Source of the DNA: Dehalococcoidia bacterium
GTDB lineage: Bacteria; Chloroflexota; Dehalococcoidia; Lucifugimonadales; HRBIN23
DNA length: 55,888 bases
Assembly: GCA_046294495.1 (NCBI GenBank)
Contig: JBKBKV010000005.1
Coordinates: 1-55,888 of the forward strand
Reading direction: 5' to 3'
Below are positions 9,021 to 18,319 of this stretch, one piece after another. The notes under the pieces were generated by a model. The model did no database searches. It saw only the letters and a list, made by a program, of their open reading frames with translations, and was not told the DNA's origin. The stretch's first letter is position 1. Every line of letters starts with the position of its first letter. A program made the position numbers and the translations under genes.

Positions 9021-9176
9021 GAACACCTCCCGAGTTATGGTAATAAGGGAAAGGTGAACCCCCCTGGGGCATGGTGATAGTTTCGCTCAAAAGCCACGGC
9101 CGAGGGGCACCTCCCGTTGGTAGAGCGCACAAAGTCGGCATAGCCCACCTCTGCGTGTAGAGGCCACACGGGAGGT

Positions 9177-10331
9177 CTACCCCTTCGCTGCAAGGGTCTC
9201 CGCCGCCTCCTGCAGGGTCTCCACAAAGGTTACCGGGAGGCCCGTGTTCCGCAGGATGGCGCGCCCCTCCTCCACATTGGTGCCCAGCATACGCACCACC
9301 ATAGGTGGACAATAGCCCTTCTGCTGCACGGCTCCCACGATGCCCCGTGCCGCCACATCGCACCGCAGGATTCCCCCGAAGATGTTCACCAGGATGCGCC
9401 GCACTCGTGGGTCGTCTAGAATAATGATGAAGGCCTGTCGAACCTTCTCCTCGCTGGCCCCACCTCCCACATCAAGGAAGTTGGCAGGCCGAGCACCCGC
9501 ACGGCTCACCATATCCAGGGTAGCCATAGCCAGGCCCGCCCCGTTCACCAGACACCCCACATCCCCATCTAGGCGCACATAAGCGATATCGGCGTCGGCC
9601 GCCAGGGCCTCCAAAGGATCCTCCTGCTCCCGGTCGCGCAGGGCTGCCAGGTCCGGGTGGCGAAAGAGGGCATCGTCGTCCAGGTTAACCTTGGCATCCA
9701 CCGCCAGCAGGCGCCCGTCGGTTGTAACGGCCAGGGGATTGATTTCCGCCAGAGAGCAGTCCTTTTCCACGAAGAGGCGATAGAGGCCCGCGGCCATATC
9801 GGCGAAGGGGCGCACCAGAGAAGGGGAGAGGTGCAAGGCGTAGGCCATCTTACGCCCCTGGAAAGGCAAAAGCCCCAGGACAGGGTCTGGGGCAACGCGG
9901 ACGATTTTCTCTGGGGAACGCTGGGCTACCTCTTCTATCTCCACACCCCCCTCTGCGCTGGCGATGACCACCGGCCCCCTCGCCGCTGCGTCCAGCACCA
10001 CCGCCAGGTAAAGTTCCTGGGCGATGTCCACCGCCTCGGCCACCAGCACCTTCTGCACCGGCACCCCCTCCGGCCCGGTCTGGTAGGTAACCAGGCGATG
10101 CCCCAGCAAGGCGGCCACCGCCTCGCGCGCCTCCTGGGGAGTGCTAACCAGGCGAATGCCCCCCGCCTTACCACGCCCCCCAGCGTGCACCTGCGCCTTG
10201 ACCACCATGCGCCCCCCCAGCGAACGGGCGATGCGCTCTGCCTCCTCGGGCGTGCTGGCTACCTCCCCTCGGGGGACGGGGATACCATACTGGGCTAGAA
10301 GGGCTTTGCCCTGGAATTCGTGCAACTTCAT
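9177..10331 (-). CDS. sucC: Succinyl-CoA synthetase beta subunit
   Basis: MKLHEFQGKALLAQYGIPVPRG..., ATP-grasp region, C-terminal NIFGGILRCD. Start set at the internal MKLHEF rather than the long ORF-track start. Confidence 0.9.
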   Translation of the reverse strand: MKLHEFQGKALLAQYGIPVPRGEVASTPEEAERIARSLGGRMVVKAQVHAGGRGKAGGIRLVSTPQEAREAVAALLGHRLVTYQTGPEGVPVQKVLVAEAVDIAQELYLAVVLDAAARGPVVIASAEGGVEIEEVAQRSPEKIVRVAPDPVLGLLPFQGRKMAYALHLSPSLVRPFADMAAGLYRLFVEKDCSLAEINPLAVTTDGRLLAVDAKVNLDDDALFRHPDLAALRDREQEDPLEALAADADIAYVRLDGDVGCLVNGAGLAMATLDMVSRAGARPANFLDVGGGASEEKVRQAFIIILDDPRVRRILVNIFGGILRCDVAARGIVGAVQQKGYCPPMVVRMLGTNVEEGRAILRNTGLPVTFVETLQEAAETLAAKG

Positions 10332-10459
10332 AGCGCTTGAACCCCGTAAAGAAGAGTGGCCCACTACAGAGGCGTTATCAAAGCCAGTATAGCACGGGGC
10401 GTTGCCCTCGCCCCTTGGGTATACGGGTATAATAGGCTCAAATGCTTCAGGAGGCAGGG

Positions 10460-11542
10460 ATGCAAGCGGCCATATTCTACGGGCCACACCAGCCCCTAAC
10501 TATTGGGGAAACCCTTATTGACCGTCCCTTGCCCCACGAAGTGCTGGTGCGCACCGCGGCTACAGGGGTATGCCACAGCGACCTGCACTTTGTTGAGGGG
10601 CTTTACCCCTTGCAAACGCCCGCCGTGCTGGGGCACGAGGCAGCCGGGGTGGTAGAGGCGGTGGGGGAACAGGTTACTTATGTGCGCCCCGGCGACCATG
10701 TCATCGCCTGTCTCTCGGTCTTCTGCGGTTCCTGCGAGAAATGCCTGACGGGGCACCCTAACCTGTGCCTCCAGCGCCCCAACCGTGCCCCCACCGATCC
10801 CCCCCGCCTGCGCCTTCCCAACGGCACCCCCATTACCCAGTTCGCCCTTATCTCCAGTTACGCCGAGAAGATGCTCCTCCACGAGAACACGGTGGTAAAG
10901 ATCGACCCTACCCTGCCTCTGGACAGGATGGCCCTGCTAGGATGCGGGGTTATTACGGGTGTAGGGGCTGTCCTCAACACAGCCAAGGTGGAGCCGGGCT
11001 CTACGGTGGCGGTGTTTGGGCTTGGGGGTGTAGGGCTGGCGGTGGTGCAAGGGGCGCGCATCGCAGGGGCGCGGCGCATCATCGCCGTTGACACGGTGGA
11101 GCGCAAACTGGGTATGGCCCTGGAACTGGGAGCAACGGATGTGGTGGACGCCTCCTCTCGGGACCCGGTGCAGGCCATCATAGATATAACAGGTGGGGGC
11201 GTGGACTATTCCTTTGAGGCCATTGGGCTGAAGGTAACGGCGGAGCAGGCCTTCAACTGCCTGGCCCCGGGGGGCACCGCCACCATTATCGGGATGATCC
11301 CCGTTGGACAGAAGGTAGAACTGGAGGGGCGCCAGTTCCTGCGGGAGCGCAAAATCCAGGGGAGCAGCATGGGCTCCAATCGCTTCCGGGTGGACATCCC
11401 CCGCTACATTGAGTTCTACCGCCAGGGGCGCCTGCGCCTGGACGAGATGGTTACTCGTCGGGGCAAGTTGGAGGATGTGAACGAGGCGTTCCGCGCCATG
11501 AAAGCCGGGGAGGTGGCGCGCACCGTGCTGGTGTTTGAGTAG
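10460..11542 (+). CDS. Zinc-dependent alcohol dehydrogenase (class III-like MDR)
   Basis: GVCHSDLHF, GHEAAGVVEAVG, structural-Zn Cys cluster CGSCEKCLTGHPNLC, Rossmann VAVFGLGGVGLA. AGGAGG lies 6 nt before ATG 10460. Confidence 0.85.
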   Translation: MQAAIFYGPHQPLTIGETLIDRPLPHEVLVRTAATGVCHSDLHFVEGLYPLQTPAVLGHEAAGVVEAVGEQVTYVRPGDHVIACLSVFCGSCEKCLTGHPNLCLQRPNRAPTDPPRLRLPNGTPITQFALISSYAEKMLLHENTVVKIDPTLPLDRMALLGCGVITGVGAVLNTAKVEPGSTVAVFGLGGVGLAVVQGARIAGARRIIAVDTVERKLGMALELGATDVVDASSRDPVQAIIDITGGGVDYSFEAIGLKVTAEQAFNCLAPGGTATIIGMIPVGQKVELEGRQFLRERKIQGSSMGSNRFRVDIPRYIEFYRQGRLRLDEMVTRRGKLEDVNEAFRAMKAGEVARTVLVFE

Positions 11543-11552
11543 CCCTCGGTTG

Positions 11553-11646
11553 TGGCGGAGGGGGTGGGATTCGAACCCACGTCCCTGCCCTTCAGCAGGG
11601 ATGCGGTTTTCAAGACCGCTGCCTTCAGCCGCTCAGCCACCCCTCC
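11553..11646 (-). tRNA. tRNA-Ser (anticodon UGA), class II with long variable arm, CCA encoded
   Basis: The reverse complement folds by hand. Acceptor GGAGGGG/CCCCTCC; D stem GCU/GGC; anticodon stem GCGGU/ACCGC with loop CUUGAAA (UGA). Variable arm CCCUGC-UGAAG-GCAGGG; T arm GTGGG-TTCGAAT-CCCAC; then G-CCA. Confidence 0.85.
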
Positions 11647-11913
11647 GCAAGTAGAGCTCGCACACTGGCCTTCCTATCGGTTGCCAACATCCCTTCGGAG
11701 CACCGCCCCACCTCCCTCGATGGACGGCTCCGCATAGCCTGGAAAAGCCAGCAACAGCATCTTCCTGAAGCCCAGTAAGGATATACCCACTGGGCAGTAG
11801 CGATCGCCCATCGCCTGACGGCCCTCTCAGGATCCGACTTCGCCTTTGCCCTCGTGGGGTCCTACAGTCCTGGGGGACTGCGGGGTCTTTCCCACCGGGC
11901 CCGGAGGCGCACC

Positions 11914-12792
11914 TTACTGGCTCATCCCCCTCCCAGTGAACCTTCGGCCCTCCTCCGCCACCTCAGCGCCCCCTCGGCAGGCGATGATCCTTACACCATC
12001 CCGTATCTTCTGCACTACCTCCTCCCTTGTGGCCGCCTCCAGAAAGGCGATGCCGGCGGCCCGACAGGCCCTGAAGACCCGCTCCCGGGCGGCCTGCATC
12101 TCGGGTGGATACGGGGGGTCATGCCTTTCCGGGAAACCCAGTGACATGCCCATGTCTCCCGGTCCCCACTCGGCAAAGGCTATGCCCGGCACCCGTACGC
12201 TCTCTTCCGCCCTCTCCAGTGCCCACCGGTTCTCTATCTTCAGACCCAGCAGGAGTTCACCCTTAGGATTTAGGGGCCATGGGTCCGCTTTCTCCAGGTA
12301 TTCTGGGACGCTGACACCCCATATGGCCGCGGCAGGCCCCTGGCCACCGAAGCCCCGCCGGCCTTCGCCAAGCCCCTCCCCCACCCCCTGGCGGTGGAAG
12401 GGATAGCGGCATGCCTCCACGAAGGCCCTAACCGCCTCGGGCGACTGGGCGTGGCATAGGAGGATGCCGTGCACTCCCCGGTCCAGCACCTGCTGGAACT
12501 GCCAGGCGTTGTATCTAACCTCCTCCAGAGTTCTGCCCGTGGCCGGCACGGTTACGATGACGGCAGGCGTCCTGTAACCGCTTCTGGTTGGGCCGCCATC
12601 TACCAGCCCACGCATGAACTGGGACAAAGCCCCCAAGTCGAAGGGCCCGTGCTCCATGTCTAGGATCAGCACGTCGGCCCAGGTCTGGGCAGCCTCCTTC
12701 CCCCCTTCGTAAGTAACCTGCCCCACCCCGGTGTAGTAGACAGGCTGCCCCCCCTCCAGCAGCGCTATGGCACGATTAACCCTCTTACCCAA
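11914..12792 (-). CDS. HpcH/HpaI-family aldolase (2-keto-3-deoxy-sugar-acid aldolase-like)
   Basis: Typical class II aldolase TIM-barrel layout: ALLEGGQPVYYTG...ADVLILDMEHGPFD...VIVTVPA...HGILLCHAQSPEAVRAFVEACRYP. Adjacent to an enolase-superfamily dehydratase. Confidence 0.75.
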   Translation of the reverse strand: MGKRVNRAIALLEGGQPVYYTGVGQVTYEGGKEAAQTWADVLILDMEHGPFDLGALSQFMRGLVDGGPTRSGYRTPAVIVTVPATGRTLEEVRYNAWQFQQVLDRGVHGILLCHAQSPEAVRAFVEACRYPFHRQGVGEGLGEGRRGFGGQGPAAAIWGVSVPEYLEKADPWPLNPKGELLLGLKIENRWALERAEESVRVPGIAFAEWGPGDMGMSLGFPERHDPPYPPEMQAARERVFRACRAAGIAFLEAATREEVVQKIRDGVRIIACRGGAEVAEEGRRFTGRGMSQ

Positions 12793-12839
12793 TTAGACCC
12801 CTCCCCGACTGTTACTACTCCTAACCTCTGGCTCCTCTC

Positions 12840-13979
12840 TTACCAGTTGGTGAAAGCCCCATCTCTCCGCCGTAACAGTGGAGCGAAGACGGGCCGATAG
12901 TCCCGGCTATACTTCAAAGCCGCCTCCTCCACAAACTCTATGCCCAGCCCTGGCTTCTCTGGCTTTAGAACATAGCCGTCCTCCCAGGGGACCTGAACAG
13001 GGAAGACATCGGGAAGGATGGTCATAGGCTTGACGGGCAGTTCCAGCACGCCGACATTGGTAGCGGACAGGCACAGGTGGGCACACGCTGCCGTGCTCAC
13101 TGGCCCCAGAGGATTGTGAGGCACGATGTCTATATAGTGGGTCTCGCACCAATGGGTAACCTTTAGTGCCTCGGTAATGCCCCCAACGATGCAAAGGTCA
13201 ATGCGGGCATACTGCACCAGTTCCTCTTCAACTACTTGGCGGAAGCCCCATTTGCTGGCCCACTGCTCCCCGGCGGCTATGGGCACCGAGACCTGGCGGG
13301 CCAGGGTGCGGTAACTCTCCGGGTTCTCCGAACGGAGAGGATCCTCCACGAAGAAAGGCCTGAAGGGCTCCAGTTCCCGGCAAAGCCTGATGGAGAAGGG
13401 GGTGTCCAGACGGGTGTGCACATCCAGGCAAATCTCCACCTGGTCTCCCACCTCCTCGCGCACGGCGGCTACCTGCTGAACCGCCTCGCGCACCGCCTCT
13501 GAAGGCTCCAAGACACCGTCAGGTTTGAAGGGAAGGCCCCACCGCACGAACTTCCACCCATCGGCCACTGTCTGGCGGCAACTCTCCAGTAGCGCGGGCA
13601 GGTCACCCTCCCGGTTGTGAGGGTAGCACACCACCTTGTCCCGCACGGGGCCGCCCAGGAGTTTGTAAACCGGCAAGCCAAGGGCTTTCCCCTTGATGTC
13701 CCAAAGGGCGATGTCAATGGCGCTAATGGCACTACACACAACCCGGTCGGCGGGGAAGAAGCACCTCCGAAACATCCACTGCCACAGTCGCTCGGTGCTT
13801 AGAGGGTCCTCCCCCTTTATCAGTTCCGCCAGGTGATAGACGGCCTGTTCTATGGAACGGCCCCAGTATTGGATACCGGCCTCCCCCACCCCGTAGACGC
13901 CCTCGTCCGTCTCCACTTTCACAAAGAAGAAGTTCCTGCCAGCCGTTATGGGAAATGCCTTCACCCCGGTTATCTTCAT
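12840..13979 (-). CDS. Enolase-superfamily dehydratase (D-mannonate/galactonate dehydratase-like)
   Basis: MKITGVKAFPITAGRNFFFVKVETDEGVYGVGEA..., AISAIDIALWDIKGKALGLPVYKLLGG, EDPL metal-ligand region. Paralog of 1953-3101. Confidence 0.8.
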   Translation of the reverse strand: MKITGVKAFPITAGRNFFFVKVETDEGVYGVGEAGIQYWGRSIEQAVYHLAELIKGEDPLSTERLWQWMFRRCFFPADRVVCSAISAIDIALWDIKGKALGLPVYKLLGGPVRDKVVCYPHNREGDLPALLESCRQTVADGWKFVRWGLPFKPDGVLEPSEAVREAVQQVAAVREEVGDQVEICLDVHTRLDTPFSIRLCRELEPFRPFFVEDPLRSENPESYRTLARQVSVPIAAGEQWASKWGFRQVVEEELVQYARIDLCIVGGITEALKVTHWCETHYIDIVPHNPLGPVSTAACAHLCLSATNVGVLELPVKPMTILPDVFPVQVPWEDGYVLKPEKPGLGIEFVEEAALKYSRDYRPVFAPLLRRRDGAFTNW

Positions 13980-14062
13980 GTGGCTCCTCCCTTTGAGTTT
14001 CCCGTCTCTGTTGAAGTCCTCACCTGGAACCTCGCAACCTTGTCAAGCGCAACGGCCCCTCC

Positions 14063-14416
14063 TCAGCATGCACCCCCCCTGAAACCGACGCTGGCCCCTA
14101 ACCTAGGGCAATGGACCTTTTGCACCATAGAATAACAACAAAAGGACAAAGATGCAAGGTATCGTGCACATTGAGCACATGTAAGACAGTTGCGGGGTCT
14201 CCTCTGGATGGCATCCCTAAGATACTCCAAGGGATGCGCCAGCCCAGGGCCTGGTGAGGCATAACGGCGTCGTAAGTGCACAGGCCACGCCAGGGGAGGG
14301 GGTCTTGGGGCGCTCACGGAGTAGAGTGATGACCTCCCGCCACTGCCTCCTCTGGCAAGCCCCACAAATACCCCCAGGGTTAGGGGCAGATGGCAAGGGC
14401 ACGCTACAAAGCCCAC
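14063..14416 (-). pseudogene. MerE-like remnant (CPCHLP transmembrane motif) immediately downstream of merA
   Basis: A GTG-initiated ORF begins VGFVACPCHLPLTLGVFVGLA. The CPCHLP-in-a-helix motif is the hallmark of the mercury transporter MerE. The expected N-terminal part and second helix are absent, and the remaining ORF is Arg/Pro-rich and runs into AT-rich promoter DNA. Confidence 0.25.
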
Positions 14417-14456
14417 CGCCAGGTGGGCCTATCCAGCAACGCGCCTCAACTACCCC

Positions 14457-15905
14457 CTACCCTATACAACAGGTCATCACCGAGATGTCCCGGGTGAAGG
14501 CCTGGGCCGCCAGTTTAATCCCCTCGCTCAATGTGGGGAAGACAAAAACGGTGTCGACCAGGTCTTCCACCTTCATCCTCTGTTGGACGGCCAGGGTGCC
14601 TGCGTGGATAAGGTCAGCCGCATAGGGAGCCACGATATGGATCCCCACAATCTGGTGACCCCGCGGGTTGACCACCATCTTGATGAGGCCTCGGTCCTCC
14701 TTGACCACCTTCGCCTTGGGGACCTGCTCTAGACGGACTGTCCGACAGGCGCAGACCCCTTCCCTCCTCATCAACTCCGTCTCGGTGAGGCCCACAGAGG
14801 CCACTTGGGGGTTGGTAAAGACGGCGTGGGGCACCGCATCGTAGTTGACGGCCTTATGAGAGCCAGTTAGGGCGTTCTCCGCGGCCAGGGCCCCCTCTTT
14901 GGCCGCCACTGTCTCCAGAGCCATCTTCCCGACACAGTCGCCAGCGGCGTAGATGGAAGGAATGCTTGTCTGGAACCACTCATTGACTTCAACAAAGCCA
15001 CCCTTACCGGTCTTGACTCCTACCCTTTCCAGCCCCAGATCCGCGGTGTTGGCCTGAATGCCAGCGGCCAGCAGTATATTCTCTGCCTCCAGGGTCTTCT
15101 CCCGTGGTGTGAAGGAGCGCCGGCGCTTGGCCCCTCCGCCCCCTTGGATAACTACCCTCTGCTTACCATCCCCCTCTTCCACCCGCTCCACCGTTATCCC
15201 CAAGTGGAAGCGGATGCCCTCCGCCTCCAGACACCGCTGGAGTTCTGCAGCCACCTCTGGTTCGTGGCGCGGCAGGATCTGGTCCATGGCCTCCAGCACC
15301 GTCACCTCCGAGCCGAAGTGGGTAAACATTTGGGCAAACTCCAATCCCAGCGGCCCCGCCCCAATGACGATGAGGCTCCTGGGCAACCGCTTCAGAGCCA
15401 GGGCGGTAACATTGGTTAGGTAGCGCCCCGGCTCCAGGCCCGGGATCGGAAGGGGTCTTGTGGAAGCGCCCACAGCGATGAGGATACGGGAGGCACTCAC
15501 CACATCACCGTTCACCGCTACCTCTGTTGGGGAGAGAAAACGGGCCTTACCTTCGCGATAGGCCACCCCCTTCAGGCTCTCCAGCACCTTTTTATAGTTG
15601 CTGTAGCGTAGAGCAGCCACCAGTTCATCCTTCTCGGTCAGGGCAGCCAGGAAGTCGGCTTTGAACTGGTGACCGTCCTGGAGCGCTCGAAAGCGAGGGC
15701 GGGCCGGGTAATAAGCCCCGTCCCCCACTGTTAACATATACTTGGAAGGGACACAGCCCACATTGACACAGGTGCCACCCATGGGCAGGCCCGAGTTGAC
15801 TATCAGGGCACTGGCTCCCAGGTCCGCAGCCTTGGTGGCGGCGGCAAAGGCCGCTGCCCCGCCCCCAATGATGAGCAGGTCATAGACTTTCTGCAAACTG
15901 GACAT
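14457..15905 (-). CDS. merA: Mercuric reductase, core form without N-terminal HMA (NmerA) domain
   Basis: FAD motif [13 protein letters not shown], redox-active [13 protein letters not shown]. The C-terminal tail [22 protein letters not shown] has the vicinal Cys pair characteristic of MerA (compare LKLAAQTF...LSCCAG). Confidence 0.75.
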   Translation of the reverse strand: MSSLQKVYDLLIIGGGAAAFAAATKAADLGASALIVNSGLPMGGTCVNVGCVPSKYMLTVGDGAYYPARPRFRALQDGHQFKADFLAALTEKDELVAALRYSNYKKVLESLKGVAYREGKARFLSPTEVAVNGDVVSASRILIAVGASTRPLPIPGLEPGRYLTNVTALALKRLPRSLIVIGAGPLGLEFAQMFTHFGSEVTVLEAMDQILPRHEPEVAAELQRCLEAEGIRFHLGITVERVEEGDGKQRVVIQGGGGAKRRRSFTPREKTLEAENILLAAGIQANTADLGLERVGVKTGKGGFVEVNEWFQTSIPSIYAAGDCVGKMALETVAAKEGALAAENALTGSHKAVNYDAVPHAVFTNPQVASVGLTETELMRREGVCACRTVRLEQVPKAKVVKEDRGLIKMVVNPRGHQIVGIHIVAPYAADLIHAGTLAVQQRMKVEDLVDTVFVFPTLSEGIKLAAQAFTRDISVMTCCIG

Positions 15906-16166
15906 CGCTCCTCCTCTCCTTCCGCTTATTTACCATTTGCCCGGCCCTAGCTTCTTTTCCCTATACACACCCTAACAGCACCCACGGCCGGATCAGGGCA
16001 CCCGCCAGGGCTTCTCCCCCCTGCTTTTTGCATCGCGGCCAGGTGAGGCTGAGGCCGTAGGCTTCATCGGGCCTGCGACACCGGGGACGGCCTTCTCGTA
16101 TAATAATGCCAGGGCTGGTGCTCCGTGTCTGTCTCGTGGGTTACAGAAGGGAGTGTCGAGGGTGTC

Positions 16167-16871
16167 ATGGCTAGCAACCAGCAACAAAAAGCCTCCACTG
16201 GCTTCCCCCCACCACCCCTTAGATCAGACATCATAGACATCACTTTGGCATTACAGGGGCTAGGCAGTGCACAGATGGAAGCAATCCTGGCGATGATGGA
16301 GTATCGCGCTTATTCGTCGGGGGCCTGTATTTTCCAGTTCGGGGAGCCTCACAGGGGTATTTACCTGGTCAAAAAAGGTCTCGTGGAAGAGTTCCGCTTG
16401 ACCGAGAGCGGCACCAGATTGCCCATTGATAGGGCAGGCCCTGGGGAACTGTTCGCCCTCTCTTCCCTGGAAGGAAACTATTGCTGTTCGGCTGAAGCCG
16501 TAAATGACAGTGTTATCGGTTGGCTGTCTTTCCAAAAGTTAGAAGATATCTGCGGAAAATACCCGAGGTTTGCTATGAATTTGGTTAGGATCCTCACGAA
16601 ACGCCTGGGAGAGGTGGAGGAGAGGCTAGAGGACCTGGCCCTGAAGACCCTGCGAGCCCGTGTCGCCAGCGCCCTGCTACAACTCTACGCCGTCCAAGGC
16701 CCCTCTCTAAAGCCGATAACCCACGAGGCCCTCAGCGAGTGGGCGGTCAGCAGCAGGCCAAAAGTGAGCATGGTATTAGAGGAAGCGCAAAGGGCAGGCC
16801 TTATACAACTGTCGCGGGGCGAAATCCAGATCGTGAACCCCGCGGGCCTGCAGGAGTGGGCTAAACTGTAG
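16167..16871 (+). CDS. Crp/Fnr-family transcriptional regulator
   Basis: cNMP-binding beta-roll (IFQFGEPHRGIYLVKKGLVEEFRL) and C-terminal wHTH (THEALSEWAVSSRPKVSMVLEEAQRAGLIQ). Divergent from merA. An alternative GTG start is at 16125. Confidence 0.8.
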   Translation: MASNQQQKASTGFPPPPLRSDIIDITLALQGLGSAQMEAILAMMEYRAYSSGACIFQFGEPHRGIYLVKKGLVEEFRLTESGTRLPIDRAGPGELFALSSLEGNYCCSAEAVNDSVIGWLSFQKLEDICGKYPRFAMNLVRILTKRLGEVEERLEDLALKTLRARVASALLQLYAVQGPSLKPITHEALSEWAVSSRPKVSMVLEEAQRAGLIQLSRGEIQIVNPAGLQEWAKL

Positions 16872-16956
16872 CCCATATCCCCCAAAAGGCTCCTCACCAG
16901 CCCCCTGCAGTGGCCAAACGCACGCCTAGCCAGCCGCACCCTGGCAAACACCGACC

Positions 16957-17979
16957 CTACCTTCCCCCCAACACCTCCTTCACCACCCGTATAATGCGAG
17001 ATGCATTGGGCACATAAAGGTCCTCCAGGGGGCGGCTGTAGGGGACGGGCGTGTGGGGAGGGGTTACCTTGCGGGGCGGAGCGTCCAGGTAGTCAAAGGC
17101 CTCTTCGGCCACCATCGCTTCTATCTCCGAGGCGACGCTACAGCGGGGGTTGTCCTCGTCCACAACCACGATGCGGTGTGTCTTCCGCACCGATTCCAGC
17201 ACCGTGTCGTAATCAAGGGGCGCCACGCTTAGCAGGTCTATCACCTCGGCGTCCACCCCCTCCTTCGCCAGCGCCTCCGCAGCCCCCATACACTCCCAGG
17301 TCATCAGGGCGATGCCCACCAGGGTGATATCTTTCCCCTCCTTCAAAACCCGCGCCTTGCCTATGGGGAGGGTGTAAGGTTCCTCCGGCACCGGCCCCAG
17401 ACGCCCGTAGAGTTTCTTGTGCTCAAATACGATAACCGGGTCATCGTCTCGTATAGCCGAAATCAGGAGGCCCTTGCCCGTGTAGGGGTCAGAGGGGACG
17501 ACACCCTTGAGGCCGGGGAAGTGGGCGAAGATGCTGTAGAAGGACTCGCTGTGTTGGGCGGCCGAGCCAACCCCGGCCCCGATACGGGTGATGATGGTAA
17601 CGGGCACCTTCACCTGCCCCCCATACATGTAGCGCATCTTGGCGGCATTGTTGATAATCTGATCCAGGCACACGCCGGCGAAGTCCACAAACATCAACTC
17701 CACCACAGGGCGCATGCCCACGCTGGCGGCACCGATACCCGCACCGATGAACCCCGCCTCGCTGATGGGGGTGTCCCGCACCCGCTCGGGGCCAAACTGG
17801 GTGATGAGGCCCTTGGTGACCCGAAAAGGGCCCCCCCAGGCGTCCACAATGCCCAGGTGGGCGCGCCCGGCCCCCCCGGCGATGTCCTCCCCCATGATGA
17901 ACACCGTGGGATCGCGCTCCATCTCCTGGCGCAGGGCCTCGTTGAGAGCCTCCCGAAAACGCAGTCCACGAGTGGCCAT
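16957..17979 (-). CDS. 2-oxoacid (pyruvate/acetoin/BCKA) dehydrogenase E1 component, beta subunit
   Basis: FREALNEALRQEMERDPTVFIMGEDI..., RVRDTPISEAGFIGAGIGAA, PVIVFEHKKLY and a C-terminal transketolase-C domain. No E1-alpha, E2 or E3 gene is adjacent. Confidence 0.85.
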   Translation of the reverse strand: MATRGLRFREALNEALRQEMERDPTVFIMGEDIAGGAGRAHLGIVDAWGGPFRVTKGLITQFGPERVRDTPISEAGFIGAGIGAASVGMRPVVELMFVDFAGVCLDQIINNAAKMRYMYGGQVKVPVTIITRIGAGVGSAAQHSESFYSIFAHFPGLKGVVPSDPYTGKGLLISAIRDDDPVIVFEHKKLYGRLGPVPEEPYTLPIGKARVLKEGKDITLVGIALMTWECMGAAEALAKEGVDAEVIDLLSVAPLDYDTVLESVRKTHRIVVVDEDNPRCSVASEIEAMVAEEAFDYLDAPPRKVTPPHTPVPYSRPLEDLYVPNASRIIRVVKEVLGGR

Positions 17980-18044
17980 ACCCCTCCCCTTGACTCAGCG
18001 GTCAAGTCCATGTTATAACAACCGCGGACAGTGAGGGGAAGCCT

Positions 18045-18251
18045 ATGCGGCATTTGTATCGATTCTTTAAACCCCACGACCCAAAGGCGTGGGTAGGCAA
18101 GGGCTTCGCCCTGACAGGCCTGGGGCGCCACCAGGAGGCGGTGGAGTGGCTATGCCGGGCGTGGAAGGCCAGAGAGCGCCTGCCCGACAAAGGGGCCTCG
18201 GTAGAGAAGACCCTAAGGCACCTTGGAGTTACCCCCGACCGCTGCCAGTAG
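18045..18251 (+). CDS. Small TPR-like protein (hypothetical)
   Basis: 68 aa. AWVGKGFALTGLGRHQEAVEWLCRAW fits a single TPR unit. GAGGGGA lies upstream of the ATG. Weak support. Confidence 0.3.
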   Translation: MRHLYRFFKPHDPKAWVGKGFALTGLGRHQEAVEWLCRAWKARERLPDKGASVEKTLRHLGVTPDRCQ

Positions 18252-18319
18252 ACACACTGTAGCACGCGCCCCATCCCCCGTGGCATCATGGAAGGAAAGC
18301 GCCGCGCAAGGGGAAAGCT

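Noticed and set aside
8115-9077. 320-aa plus-strand ORF, with overlapping 128-aa and 169-aa ORFs
   Set aside because: Antisense to sucD. No recognisable domains, and shadow-ORF composition.
11552-11737. 61-aa plus-strand ORF (MAEGVGFEPTS...)
   Set aside because: It is the reverse-strand read-through of the tRNA-Ser gene. GFEPT is the classic translation of a T-arm.
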